64,000 nucleotides of DNA from Octopus vulgaris (Eukaryota). How positions within the stretch are numbered: the first letter of the stretch is position 1; each line of letters begins with the position of its first letter. The notes under the pieces are model-generated. The model made no database searches. It was not told the DNA's origin and saw only the letters and a list, made by a program, of their open reading frames with translations. Shown here piece after piece: positions 1 to 13,935 of the stretch. The DNA lies in contig OX597815.1 in assembly GCA_951406725.2 (NCBI GenBank), positions 168,640,001 through 168,704,000 on the forward strand, in the 5' to 3' direction. A program made the position numbers and the translations under genes.

Positions 1-531
1 ATTTAATTCCTATCAAGTTGCTTTCATATTTTCAGTTGGTCTGAAAATATTGAATATCCAAAAAAATGAAAGAATAAAAAAATTATTTCCCAATATCCTT
101 CCTTCTTCTGCTCATATCTCAATAATTTCATTCTCAGTGATTCAACTCTGGCTGTTTCTTAAGTCAAGGATGTTACCAAGCAATGTAACATTGATTTTAC
201 CCACATTCAGATTGTTTTTTTCCAAATTTAAAAAATGCATTCATTGTTTCCATTGTTTCTGGTATGGAATATATTGAAGAAAAAAGAGAGAGAGAGAGTG
301 AGAGAAGTTTAAAACAGCTCTCCTTTTGTTTTCAACTCATGACTGCATTTTTAAAATGCTATATCTCTCTGCTAGAGTTTCTCTGATTTGATAGCATTTC
401 ATCTTCAAATAAAAACTCCATCCTCTATTCATTGTTTTAGTGCAATGTGTTTTAACCTATCCACCATGTTCCCTTTCTATCTTTTTGTCTAATGGCTTAT
501 CTATGGCCGCTTTATTCAACCTTTTCTTAAG

Positions 532-705
532 ACGTTGGCCCCTTGTCATGGTTTCAGCGCTCCTCCAGAGGCAAAGACAGGATCATCCGCCCAAATGACA
601 GGAGAAGGCCACAGGGAAGTACCCCTTCTACTAAAAAACGGGATCAACTCTACTCTCAAGGTCGTAAAGACCAATCTTCCAATAGAAGACAGCGTGATAC
701 TTCAG
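532..705 (+). CDS. Probable exon of matrin-type zinc-finger gene (basic, R-rich segment); upstream exons lie outside the window
   Basis: ttttcttaag acceptor at 531 (alternative gtttcag at 557) and TCAG|gtaaag donor at 705. The frame VGPLSWFQRSSRGKDR...RRQRDTS ends in phase 1, matching the next exon (G+CT=Ala). Confidence 0.55.
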
Positions 706-1942
706 GTAAAGTAAATAAATGGTTTTTCCTGCTGGCGCCTGCATTGTTGGTCATTTTCCAATGAGCGGTCAGCTACAGATGAAATGTCACTAGCATGTTG
801 TCTCCGCTGCTTCTCTACCTCTTTTTCTCCCACCCTATTACTATAATTCTCTCTTTCTTTCTCACTCTCTCACTCTGTTTTCTCTCTCTCTTTTTCTCTT
901 CTGCATATCTCTTTGGCAAGTTTATTTTGGTCTGTTTACAGAGCATCCCACCCAATTTCCTATTGCTTCAAATGACACTCAGGAAGCAAAATGATTCAAT
1001 TTCTGTATTTATTTCCTTCATTTTTCTTACAAGAGCATTTTATACTACCCAGATAATCATTGTCTTTCTACTACTAATTTGGATGGAAGGTGGGACAACT
1101 TTTTCTTGTCAAAATAATGTAATTTTAAGGTCATCACAAACTGAATTCTGGAAAGAAATGAAAAGCCATGGTGATGGTGTATTATTTATGCTTCCTTCCC
1201 TCCATGTCTTTACCAACATCTGCCTCCTTACATTTATTTAACTCATTTAAAGAAATTTTTTTCATAAATCTCTACCCAATTTTTTTTTTCCACTTTTAAT
1301 ACAGTTTTCTAGATTAAAATCTTCACTACATGTTTTCTTTTTTTACCTACTTTTTTTAATGCTTTGGATTTAATTTTTTCGTTTTATAGCCAAACTGTTG
1401 TCACCTGGGTTTTTTTTCTTTTACTAAGATCCATTCTTTATTAAGGTCTGGTAGTAAACACCTAATGACAGACATCAACACAACTCATTGTCTTTCTTTT
1501 TACTTCAGTTTTGTAACTTGGCTTCATGGTAACATCAAGTTTTCACCATTTTAAAAATTTCTTATATATATATATATAGAAAAAATACAGTAAAAAAAAG
1601 TTTCTTTTTTCACCTTTTCCATAGTATTTTAGTGTCCGTTCTAGTACACATGCTTGATAATGTTATCATTTCTCATCACCCCTTTGTCCATTTCTCATAA
1701 CGTGGCAACTTGCAATTTTTATATACACTCATGTACACACAATACACTCGCTCACACAATGCAATCACACATAAGTATTTCCTATTAAGTTCTAAAATTT
1801 CTTTACAGATAAAACATAACCCTCTTCTTTCTAATTTTCATACTTCTTATATATAAAGAAGTATATACTGTGTTTTCTCCAAGGTTTGTATAGGTCAAAA
1901 GGCTTGATATTGCTTTGACAATACAACCATTGACATTTGCAG

Positions 1943-2016
1943 CTAAGAAAAAGATGGAAGATGATGATGAAGAAGAGGATGAGATGTATGATCCTGCCGA
2001 GCCAACTGATGATGAG
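1943..2016 (+). CDS. Matrin-type ZnF gene exon (AKKKMEDDDEEEDEMYDPAEPTDDE)
   Basis: ttgcag acceptor and GAG|gtatgt donor; 74 nt, phase 1 to 0; purine-rich coding bias. Confidence 0.85.
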
Positions 2017-2371
2017 GTATGTTTTTCTTTGTCTTATTTATAGGGGAGAGGGTTCTTAGCTGGTGGATGTTTAAACTCTTACAAAACATTTGACTTTATT
2101 AGAGATGATACATAATTAAGTTTATCAAATCATCTTGATGTGTTGAAAATATATCTGTTCAATATCAAAGTATATTGCATAAAAGTATGATATTTATGAA
2201 TACTTATTGTTATTTAAAGCAAATATGTGAAGTGATTAATCCTTAGACAATAACTAAATTTTTCCATTGATAATTTTGGTAACTATGGTCTAAAATAATT
2301 TACTAAAGTTTTATGTTCTCAAATGAATGAAATTCTTAAATTATTCTCATCTAATAGATTTAGTTATATAT

Positions 2372-2544
2372 GGGCACGTAAAAAGCACCCACTACACTCT
2401 CGGAGTGGTTGGCGTTAGGAAGGGCATCCAGCTGTAGAAACTGCCAGATCAAGATTGGAGCCTGGTGCAGCCATCTGGCTCGCCAGCCCTCAGTCAAAGT
2501 CGTCCAACCCATGCTAGCATGGAAAGCGGACGTTAAATGATGAT
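2372..2544 (+). mobile_element. RTE-type LINE 3' end (short copy) with (GAT)n tail
   Basis: Same sequence as the 3' end of the RT-bearing copies at 46801 and 39615; ends ggacgttaaatgatgat. Confidence 0.85.
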
Positions 2545-2585
2545 ATATATATAAATATATATATAATCATTGGGAAAATATCTAA

Positions 2586-2802
2586 CCCTTCAGCATTCAG
2601 ATTATTTCATCAAATGTAATGCTTATTTATTCACATTGTTTGGAATTAGTCATGTATTATCTTGTAGCTTCAAGATTTTACTGAAGTGATTGTTTCTTTT
2701 TAGAATGGCATAGGCTAGGTGTGAGAGGCCAAATCTAGCCGATTTGAATGTGAAACAGGTAGAATATTTGGGCTGGATATGACCAGTTTAAATTCTAGAG
2801 GG
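2586..2802. mobile_element. piggyBac-type MITE, family B
   Basis: cccttcagcattcagatta...gtttaaattctagaggg|TTAA; homologous to the 28728 copy. Confidence 0.82.
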
Positions 2803-4617
2803 TTAAGTAAAAATGAACTTGATAAGGATTGCTTTAAACATTGTAACTTCCCATTTGATGTGAACTGTTCTTAAAGAACTTAAATCCCTAAAATATATCA
2901 TTTTATTTTACACAAATTCATCAGAAAGTGTTTTAACATTTCTTCTAATGCATTCGTTGAAATAAATCCGTCAAATAAAATTCAGAACCTGTTATATACT
3001 ATATATAGTAATTAGATATTTTTAAGTAATACTAACTTGCTGTTCCAAGAGCTGCTCTGTGAGGAATAGCTGCTAATAAACCGACCTTTCAAACAATGAA
3101 CCATATCATCAAAATATATAATTTTATAAGGGTGCCTTCAATTTGTATAAGTGAGAGGGATACATTTATGAGTTCAGTACACTGCTCGGCCCTAACCTCT
3201 TTATGTATATATTTTGTTGTGAGAGGAAAAGAGACTACCTATAGTCCTTGGTGAGATTAATGCAGTTGATATTCACTTGGAATTTCATTAAGTCAGTGCT
3301 ATTGGTACAAAATATGAGCAAGAAGGAATCTCAGGAAGCTGCCTTTCTGAGGAGGAAAGATTGAGAAAAAGTGTCTAGCATGAGAGGGTTTGGTGAGAGT
3401 GGTTAGACAATTTGGAATGACTGGTGGAAGAGAGGCGCTTTATCTCTAAGAAGTTGAAACATTGTTTAACATCAATTTATCCATGCTGGCTTGGGTGGGA
3501 CGGTTCAACAGGAATCAAAAAACCAGAGGACCCTGCCTAACAACAATGTTCATTTTGGCAAAGGTTACTGTAGTTATATGTCCTTCCTAACATCAATCAC
3601 TTTACAGAGTGTAATGGGGTTTTTTTTCTGTTTTGAGGGGGCACCAGCACTAATGAGTTTACCAAGTTACTTGCAAAATAGGACCACCACCCAACTGATT
3701 TGGGGTGTAGTACTGAAGGAGGTCAAAAGGTTGAAGTATGAGAGATGAATATGAACAGGTGTCTTGCTTAATAAGACATACATGGCTTCACCAGCTGGAA
3801 AAGGAGAGAGGTGGTGGGGATGTATCCTTAAGGTACAAGGTGATTATAAAGAGAGAACAGGAATAGAAGAGCAGAATGGTTAGATATCTTTGGGCTTGTG
3901 GTTGTAGAGTTGATGATGTAAATCTTCAGCAATCCGTTTTTTTGTTTCATGTGGTCATTAATCTTGGGTAGTGGCTGAAAGTGTGTAATGAATACGGGCA
4001 GCTAAAATGGGGTACCTTCAAAGGGTTATTGGAATAACATTACTTGCTAAGGTGTGCAGCAAGTTGCTCCTGGTCAAGCCACTACTTCACATTGAGACAT
4101 TAGAGCTTGTGGTTAGTGTTGACAGAAATGAACACAGGACAGACTAACCAGCAGGAGACCTAGTAGTAGATCACAAGCAAAATGATTGGATAATATCCAT
4201 AAACTTCGTTGGTTTTGCTTTGGGATCCAAATGGAACATATACTGACAGGACCCTATGGAGAGTGTGTCCAAGCGTGTCTGCCCCCATGATTCTTATGCA
4301 AATGGTGAGGCTTGCTATTTGTTCAGTCGGGCAAACTGGTCCAAGCATAGATTGGAGCATAACAGTGACATAATCTACTCTATTTGTAGTAATTTATATA
4401 TATGTGTAAAAGTGTTTCCATTATACACTTTCCATTATATATGAGAGAGATACTGATGTTTTTAAATGTATGATTCCAAACCTTTGACTATCAAATATAT
4501 TTTTCAATAAGATACATTCTTTTCATTCAAGTTCCATTCATGTTAAGCTCCACCTAATCACACTTTCTTTATTTAGCATTAAAATAATTTATCCGTGGTC
4601 TACTTTTATTTTAACAG

Positions 4618-4701
4618 ATACAATCCACTGAACACAGTAATGGTGGTTTAACAGTAACTGTTGATGGCAGTAGACGTTCAGTTACTGAAGACACTGCTAA
4701 G
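4618..4701 (+). CDS. Matrin-type ZnF gene exon (IQSTEHSNGGLTVTVDGSRRSVTEDTAK)
   Basis: tttaacag acceptor and AAG|gtaact donor; 84 nt, phase 0-0, open. Confidence 0.8.
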
Positions 4702-6929
4702 GTAACTACAGTTTAAATTTAATATCATGAATAATCACTTTAAAAAGTAGTTTTTCATTTAATTTGCTAAAATTTCAACTTTTTTGTTGTTGTTATTAAT
4801 GGTAATTTGATTTTATAACATACTGGGTAGTAACTAAATGTTTTGTTACAAGCTCTCAGTCAATATCACTTTTATGCTTAAAATTTAAATCCTAGAAAAT
4901 ATAATTAGCATTCTTGTTAACCTTTTGTTAGAATTTTACTAACTTGTACTGAAGCAGTCATGTTCAATGCATTATCTAAGTCAATTTTTGTTTCTCTTCT
5001 AAAAAGCTTGCATAAAAATCTACAATTATACTAAATTTCTTATTCATTAGGCTTGTTGGGTAATCTTTTTTAACTTTTTTTTTAAGTTTAGAAATATTTT
5101 TGCTCTTTAATAAAATTGTTTGAAGTTGTAATTCTCTGATCTATCACTGTAGCATCTGTTTGGTTTTTTATGCTGGAATTTGTTTCCATCAGGATACTTT
5201 TTGGTAAAACTATATTTGTGTATCCTGTAGGCTAACTTTCAAGTATTTCAAGAATTCTGTTGTTTCCTTTTTTTTTTTCTTTTTTTTTTTTCCCCCCTAC
5301 TTAGAATATTTAGGATAGCAAACCCGTCAACACCTTAAATCAAGTATCCTCATAGTTTATCTTTATTCTGAAAGTATTGACTTTTGAGAATAACTCTAAT
5401 CTTCTGTTTTTGTTTGGGCAACCTTTTTATTTTTTATTTCTTACTTTTCTTTATTATTTAAAATTTTTATTTATTTTTTGTAAAGATATTGGCATCATGT
5501 TGAACAGTTGGTTACTGACTTCTCAGTTGTCCAGTAACTGCTGAGTCTGCTAAGTTATAGCAAAATTTGCAAAATAATTTGTGTACTCTCTGAAAAGGTC
5601 TCTCTTGAAATATAATTATCATAGCTCAACTCTACTCTGTATATGGCTTTATCTTATTTTACTAATTTTGTTTTGTATATCTATTTATTTAGTTATTTTT
5701 TCCAAAGCAGACAGTCATTAGTTTCCTCTTTTTTTCTTAAAGATTGTAGAATCTTGAATGTATGATAATGTAGCTTTACAATGCCTTTTGCTTGTGGCCT
5801 TTTCTTTGCTTGAAAAAATGAGGGTTGGTTAGTGTATTTTAAGACTGTTCATCTTATTGGATCTGTGCACAAACCTATACTATTAGTTTGGAGGAAAAAT
5901 AAAACTGATTAGTATTCTTTTATTGGTTTCAGTCATTTGACTGTGGTCATACTGGGGTATTACTTTCTACAGTAGAGCTGATTATATTGACTACTTACTT
6001 ATTTCATTAGCCTTGGGAGGATGAGAGGGAAAATTAATCAGTGTTATTAGCACAAGGTATTTTGTTCACACTATCACCTCTACTATCCACTACCAACATA
6101 ACGGGATTAAAAATAAAAGTTTAGATTGTTTGAATAACAACAATTATTAATAGAAATAAAGCAACACTATTGTAAACAAAAGAAATTTTATTTCTATATT
6201 AGCTGTGCAAAATAACTTACATGGGCTCTCAATTGAGATGAAAAATTTATTCTTTCTTGTTTAGTGTATAGTATATTCAACCAACAATGATTATATTAAA
6301 TGTGATAAAACAATGTAAACAAATTCCTTCGATACTGATCCATCATTTTAGTATGACGCATTCCTAAGTACATCTATGTCCTCTGCCACTCATCAAACTC
6401 TTTCAGCCATCATCTCTTTCACCATATCTGCATCAGAGACATGTATCTCCCCTCACCTTTCTCAGAATTGTCCTTTATGACTTCAATGCTCACAGCTCAT
6501 CAACTCTCACTCTCATCCTGTGCTGATGCTGGTTATACAAAGGCTGAATTCCTTTGAAATCTTCAGCTCTTTACCTCAACTAGTTTCATGTTTCACCCCC
6601 CACACTCATTTCTGACTAAGAAACAGACACTCCAAATATCTTCAGTTTGTTTTTCACCTTCAAACTGAACTTCTACTGAACCATAACCATCAAGTCTTCT
6701 GACAACTACTGTGGAACTTTGTCATTTGGCTGGTGGGGAGGTCACCAATTCTACATTGATGCTTCTGGCTTTGCTTTTAAACCATCAAAAAAGTTAGGTT
6801 GGTGATTGATCCTTTTAGGTATCTCTCTACATTTCACAGACCACCATGACTCATAGCCTCAATTCTTGCAAGTGGTTTGCCCACAATTGCACTGCAGCAG
6901 TTCAGATAAAGACGCACTTGCAATGCTTT

Positions 6930-7500
6930 GTGAAAATCCTTCATCCTTACGTAATGGTTGGCTATAACACTGCACTAAACTTCTTTAAGGCTATCATCCA
7001 AAATGGAACGTTTGTCTTTGTGTATCACACAGTCTGTATACTCTCTTGTTTCCCAAACAGCTACTTTTTTTTTTCCTGTTTTCATTAAAAGGATATGTAT
7101 TAAATTTGTAAAACCCTCTGAAACTCTGTTTCGCAGCCATAATGGTTTTGCGAGCAGTAATTCTTTGGAAAAAGCCTCCATATTCTTGCTTAGTTTATAT
7201 CCAACTCTACATTCCACATTACTCCAAATTTATTGTTTCCCATTTCACCTGGCTCACATCACAGCACATAGATGTTTCAAACTAATAAGGCCAGCAGCCT
7301 GATACTGTCCCTTTCATTACCCTCAAACAATGCACCAAAGAGTTAAGCTAGTTTCTATTCTTGCAAAACTTTTCAATCTGTCTTTGTACAGGAATCTATC
7401 CTGATCTGTGGAAACCTATGACAATGTGCTCCTTTAACTGAAGGCTAACTCCTCTAACCTTACCTACTATTGTTCTATTGCTCTTACTGCTCTGATATAT
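6930..7500 (+). mobile_element. Ancient LINE remnant (RT N-terminal region)
   Basis: Decayed KA.GPD-like (aaggccagcagcctgat) and NYRPIALT-like (tactattgttctattgctcttact) segments in the expected order. Confidence 0.35.
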
Positions 7501-8327
7501 CTGTTGATAAAGAGTTACATGCATATATGTTAGAGATGTAAATTTATTGGACTGCATATTATTTTAAGTTGGCTCCCCTCTTTTTTTCCAATGAAATCAA
7601 TGTCAAAACTTATACTAAATAGTTAGCTATGTGGTCATTTTCCTTTGTTGTGACTGGTACAAATCAATAAAAGAATATGCATTTGCTAACATTGTTTGCT
7701 CTGCACATTTGCATTATCATGAAAGTAATTGCTTATCAAGCGCTGATGATATACATAATAGATTTTATTATTAACTAAAACTAAGTATATTTATAAAAAC
7801 TGAAAGCTTTTTATTTATTTTTTTTGGCAGGGAAAATTCTATTTCCTGAATTTGTATATCCAGTACTGGATAGATTATTTTGAATATAGATGCTTATAAT
7901 TCATATTTTTTCAAAAAGGGAAATAAATGAGGATTAGTACAGATTATTTTCTGCTTGTTTATTCTCTTAATGTTCTCTTTTTCTCTGTGATGTCATGGTC
8001 CAGATTATCATGAGCTTATTTATTATATCTAATTTTGTTTTCTCTGAAGCTTCACTTATTCAACTCTGATTATATTTCATCATTTAAAGTCTCGTTATTT
8101 TTATAAAACATAAAATATCAAAATGCTGTAGTTTATAATAAAATTAACAGCTCTGTTTGATGTACTTGATTTTCTTGCATAAAAATTAACAGATTTTGAA
8201 AATATTCATTTTACTGCCATGATTTTCATTTTAGAACAGTTTACATGAATTTCAATTTTCATTACATTGAAGTATATATTACGGTTTTCTGCAGAGATGC
8301 ATATTTGTACTTTATTGTGCATATATA

Positions 8328-8894
8328 CACTTGCATCGGAAATTAATTAGCACTTTTCAAATTTCTACATTTTCTTACATTTTCTTAATTTAATTAACTT
8401 ATTATCAGAAATGAACTCGTTTTTAATCAAAAATTTATTAAAACATATCCCAGCACACCACATAATTGTTATTAATCGTGAAATTTAGTCAATATCTTGT
8501 TGCTCCTCCTTTGGCAGCAATGACAGCTGCTACGCGGGTCGGCATGTTGTCTATGAGTGCCTGCAGGTACTGTGCAGGGATGGCCCCTCATGCAGCAAGA
8601 AGTGCCCCAAACAGCTCGTGTCGGTTCCTGTATTGCTGCACATTCAAATCCCTACCCAATCGACTCCAGAGGTTCTCAATAGGGTTCAGGTCAGGTGACT
8701 GGCCAGCACGTACTCCTCGCCACCAAAGAGGTATCCCGTACTATCTCAACGTACTTTGCTGCGTTGATGTTGCCTTCGACGGCATAGAGCCGCCCAACAC
8801 CACTGTAGCTGAACGCCCCTCACACCATCAGACCACCCCCACCATGCTTCATGGTGAGCAAATCAAGGGTGCTAATTAATTTCTGACGGTAGTG
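8328..8894 (-). mobile_element. Internally deleted Tc1-like DNA transposon
   Basis: Imperfect 26-bp TIRs (cact....tc.gaaattaattagcac), TA flanks; minus-strand remnants SPDLNPIENLW and MPTRVAAVIAAKGGATRY*. Confidence 0.88.
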
Positions 8895-11800
8895 TATATA
8901 TATATATATATATAGTTTTTTCATTTTTTTAATAAATTTTGAGTCCAGTCTTGTTTACACTAAGGCTGCTGTGTGCTAAAGCTTTTGTAATCTTTCTGCT
9001 CTGGTTTTGCTTTTAAGGGATTTTTTTCTATTTCATTTATCAAAAAAGCGTATTTTTGCACATAAATCTAAAACTATTTTTATGAAGCTTGAGCATTTGA
9101 CCTAAGATTATATATTTCATTTCTCTTGTCTTCCCTTTATCCACCTCAAATCTTTCTCATACATCTGTTCAAATATTGATAGCAAATACACATAGACAAG
9201 AGAGTGTATTGCCTGCATCATCATAATTAATATGTCCATTTTTCCATGCTTGCAAGGGTTGGGCAGAATATGTTGAGGCAGATTTTCTTCAGCTAGACTC
9301 TCTTCCTGTCACCAACCTTTTCTTGTTTTCAAGTAATATCCGATGGCCAGGCACATTTTTCATGAAAGATTGGAAATAAGGGTCACTGTTTGCATTATAG
9401 TAACCGTCATTTACAACCATATCATGAAATCAAGGCAAGGCGACAGTAACACACACGCTTATATATTGGGCATAAATGGCATCAGATGTGGTTATGTGAT
9501 GTGGTATGGTCTTGTGATGTGGATGGATGAGGACAGCTGAATACAGTGTCATTCACTAAATGTGGAAGAGGAAGATGTGGGATAAAGTGGTGAAGACTGA
9601 CCTCAAGATGTTGATCTTCTCAGAAGACTTGATGGTAGCTGAGATGCATGGTGATATGCTGTACTTGAGATGACTCATCCATCTCAGCAGAATTGAAATT
9701 CTGTCAAGCCTTCCCTCAACTCATCTTCTAACATTCATTCATGTTACCCTATTTCCATCACTCCCTCCTCTGTTGAACTGATATCTTCTGTGTTCAACTC
9801 ATTTCCTATCTCTAATCATCTGTCACATTATTTTTACTTAGTGCACTTACCTACATATCCATCTTTTCTGTTCTTTTATCCTGTTCTGTTTCATATTCAC
9901 CTTGTACCTGGACCACACATATCTCTCTCTCTCATATGCAAGCCATGTATTCACCTCTTCAGCAAGATACCTGTGCTTTGACCTTGTATCACAGTTTCTT
10001 ATCCCTACATTCTATATCCCACTCAGTTGAGGGTCTTATCGTGTGAGTATTTGGCGACCTCACCAGTGCTGAAAAGCACCCAGTACACTCTTAAGTGGTT
10101 GGCATTAGGAAGAACATCCAGCTGTTGAAACCACATAGAATCTTGTGGAGTCTTCTAGACCAGCCAACCCATACCAGCATGGAAAAAGAGCTGTTAAATG
10201 ACAATGACGACATATATATCATCATCACCATCTTCATTTAACATCTGTTGTCCATGCTGGACTGGCATGCTGGAAGGCTGCACCAGACACCAATACACAC
10301 ACACAATGGGCTTCTTTCAGTGTCTATGTACCAAATCCACTCACAAGACTTTGGTCAGCCTAGGGCTAGGCCTGAAATTATGTAGTTAGGAAGCAGACTT
10401 CTGTGTCTGTATATATGTATTTTCATCATGGTAGCCCTCAACTTTTTTTGTTTATGTGGTTTTTAACCCAATATTCTACACACTATCATCTATAGCTTTA
10501 TCTGCTTTGATTTCCACCATGAATGAGGTCCTTATATCATTTTGTCTAATGTGAGAATTTGTTCTCCATGACAAACTGCAGGGAAAAGGCCTTTGTTCAA
10601 ATATGTCCCCAATGTTTCTGAGCTCATCTAAAATTTGTTTATTTTCCATTACTGCTTTGTGCAACAATTTATATAAAAGTATCATTTTTATTTTACATGT
10701 ACCTTGTATATTCAATGTTTTTATAATGTGTAAGCCACAATGTATTTTATGGCCTTTATTATTAGTATCTCTGGAAACATGGAAATACATTCTTTATGTT
10801 TTTTCTTAGCAAGAATGCTAAATTGAAAATTATTCTTTCAAAAATTGAACATGAGAAGGGGCAGTTTATTTTCACTAGTATACAATAATAAACCTATGTA
10901 AAGTAACTTGAATCATAAAGCTTTTGTAAATCATATATTTTTTAAAGGCTTAGAGACTTGATAAATATTTCATAATATTCCTTTACTTTTATACAGTTTA
11001 CATATTGTTTAGCATAGAGTCATACTTTTTCCATTTAACATTTTGAATTCTGATGCATTGCTAAAATTCAATATTAGATGGCAAATTAATTATCAGATAC
11101 TTATTTTGTTAAATATGTATATTTATATGGCCTGGACCCATCTTGTTTTGCATGTCATCCATTTGTACATAAAATGTTTCTTTAATATCATTTTGGAATT
11201 AAGTTAACATCATGGATTTTATACCACACCTAAATTGTTGAACATATACAAGTCTTTCAAAAGTTTCTGCAAATAATTAACAGTTGCAATTTTCTCAGTT
11301 CACAAGTGACCATTTCACTCACATATTGCATGTTAATTGTATATTAGCCTCTCAATCAGTAAATGCTCCACTCCTCTTCACTCAAACTAATTTTTGTTGT
11401 TCTCTAAGAAATTGTTCTCAACTGCTTGGCTTCTAAAGATAAAGAAGCATTAACCATTCACCAGTCAGATACACTTCTATAGTAAACATTTAGGCACCAT
11501 CACACAATGTCAAGTGCTTTTTCTTATAGTTTTTTTTTTTTTTTCTAAGATTTAGAAATAAAATTTCCTTTTATGATTTATCATCAAAAATTGTCTAACC
11601 AAATAATTAACTTACATAGACAAAATTCCAAAATCAAATACATTAATTCACTGTGCCAAAGTCATTATTTCAAGCCTTGATTTGTATAGACCTACAATTA
11701 ATCTTATTACTTTGGGATTGAAAGGTGCTTACATTTAATTTAGGAAAATTGGTTTGGCTACTGTTATTAGATATGCATTTTTATTATTTTAGATGCTGTT

Positions 11801-12006
11801 TATTTGAATGTTATTCTTGCCACACCACCTCTGAAAATTCCCTTTGATGCTTGTTTGAGTATTATTTGCTGTTTGCGATTTCACTGGCTATATTTACAGA
11901 ATTGTAGGCTAGGGTTAGAAGGTATCTCATGTAGTAAAAAAAAACCCAAAAAAAAACCCTTTCTTTCTCTTTACACATCAATTGTTTACATACTTTTATT
12001 TTCCAG

Positions 12007-12099
12007 GACTCTGGTAGTGATGGTGAGAAAGCTGATAGTTCTGACAAAAAGTCTCAGTATTTCTGTCATGCCTGCATTGTGGAATGTTATAACAACAAG
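12007..12099 (+). CDS. Matrin-type ZnF gene exon; first half of finger 1 (DSGSDGEKADSSDKKSQYFCHACIVECYNNK)
   Basis: ttttccag acceptor and AAG|gtagct donor; 93 nt; YFCxxC motif completed by the next exon. Confidence 0.88.
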
Positions 12100-13269
12100 G
12101 TAGCTAATATTATTCATTACTACCATTGGTTAGAAATGCACACACGGAAAAAAAAAAGCCCCTACTTTCTCATCCATTTTATGACTGGGAATTTTTCACC
12201 ACTCACGACATAGTTTATTGAAATTTGTTTCAAATTAAGTAAACTACTTCCTCTACTTCTCCAAGTTATCTCTGTTTCTGCATATATTATACTTAGGTGT
12301 ACTTAATTATAAATATTTCCTTTTGCATTTTGAATTTATTCCTTGTTCTTTTAGGTTTGGCTATGCTCCGTTTTGTTTTTGTTGTTGTGTAACCCTTGGT
12401 CAACCCTGATTGAGCAGACCTATGATCAAAGGCATTCCAGCCCTGACCATCTCATCTTTTTCCTATGTGCAGGGAACCTAGAACTACATTATCCAACGTA
12501 TCTCTTTTTAAGATGGCAGGGCGTGATTTGAAGGAGGTTTGGCTGCTGTTTCTAGCAGGTCAAACAACCACATTGAGGTTCCCCTGTTGGCTTATGCTCT
12601 ATTTTGTGAATTCTTTGGTACATTAACTGTTTTAGTAAAATCCACTATCCATTCTTTCCTTCATTTATAAAAACATTTTACTTCAATTTCTTTAAACATG
12701 GATATTTTTACATGCATGCTTTTATCATTTTAATATCCTTTCAATGTCTCTCTGTTTAATTCTTTCTTACAATATCTGTTTTCTTGTATTATACTTTTCT
12801 CTCAAAGCTTTTGAACTGCAGATATGATGGTTATCAATGTTCTAATACTCGCTCTTATAACAAATTTACTCACAAGAAAGAATTTTTCTGCCTAACTTGT
12901 ATAGTGAAAAAAAATTAGAACCCTTCTAAAACTATCATTTATGTCTGCCACATGTGTTGAAAAGGAAAGAAAAATGTTTTATTGATTTTCTTTTCTTTAT
13001 CTTTGAGGCTGCTTGACTGCAATTTTCTTCAGTTGTATATATTTTCAGTAAAATAAGGCTTTTATTACATAACTAATCTAGTTTTGTTACTGACAGCCTG
13101 CTTCACACATTTTTAATTCTCTGCATTTATCAGACAGTAATCCTTTGGCTGTAAAGAATTGAATTTTTGCAACATATTTCTTTTGTTTAGCCAGACATAA
13201 TTTCACCTTCAAGTTCTATACCATTTAGAAGACATTATTATGCATATATCTACTGCACACATAGACATA

Positions 13270-13935
13270 TTTGTTTTTGGTGTGTATATTTTATACACAA
13301 AATAAATATTTATTTTTTGTGTATATAATGTCTGTGTTTATGTGTGCTAGGTATATTATCTCATGTAAATAATATAGTCTTGTACATGTGTGTAGTGCAT
13401 ATTGCAGATGTGTGTGTAAGCATATATTACTTGTATGCGTGTGCATGTGTAATGTGTATTATATGTACATATTAATCTATTTGTGCAGTGTGCATTTCTC
13501 TTTTGTATATATTCTTTGTAATTTATATTGTTTTTATATACATATGTGTATGCATGTAGTGTATGTTGCCTGCAAGTGCTTCTGTTTTCAAACAGTATGT
13601 GAATAGTTTGTGTGGGTGTGTGTTTTACAAATATTGCCTGTACATACATGTGTACATGTGTAGTATCTACATTGCCATCTGTACCTAAGTGGAAGTGTGT
13701 GATGTATATTTTATGTAAATATTTGTGTTTGTGATGTATATTGTTTATATAATTTAATTGAAATATAAGTCATGTATACCTTTTACTATATGCACATTCG
13801 TGTATACTTTTATTAACTGTGTATTCATGTGCTGTATATAGATTGTATGCATGTGTGTGTTTGTGCATTGTATATTGTTTATACTTGTGTGTATGTGATG
13901 TATTTCAGTAATATGAAATGATGTGTATTTGTGTT
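13270..13935. repeat. Low-complexity decayed TG/TA-rich tract
   Basis: Scrambled tgtgta/tatgtg content; produces spurious C/V/Y/H/T-rich ORFs. Confidence 0.8.

Noticed and set aside
795-1241. 148-aa hydrophobic ORF
   Set aside because: It arises from a CT/T-rich intronic tract and has no motifs or convincing splice context.
3911-3980. Intronic C/D-box snoRNA (TGATGA...CTGA)
   Set aside because: No terminal stem or recognisable guide sequence; expected by chance.
8466-8879. 137-aa + strand ORF
   Set aside because: It is antisense to the Tc1 transposase remnant.
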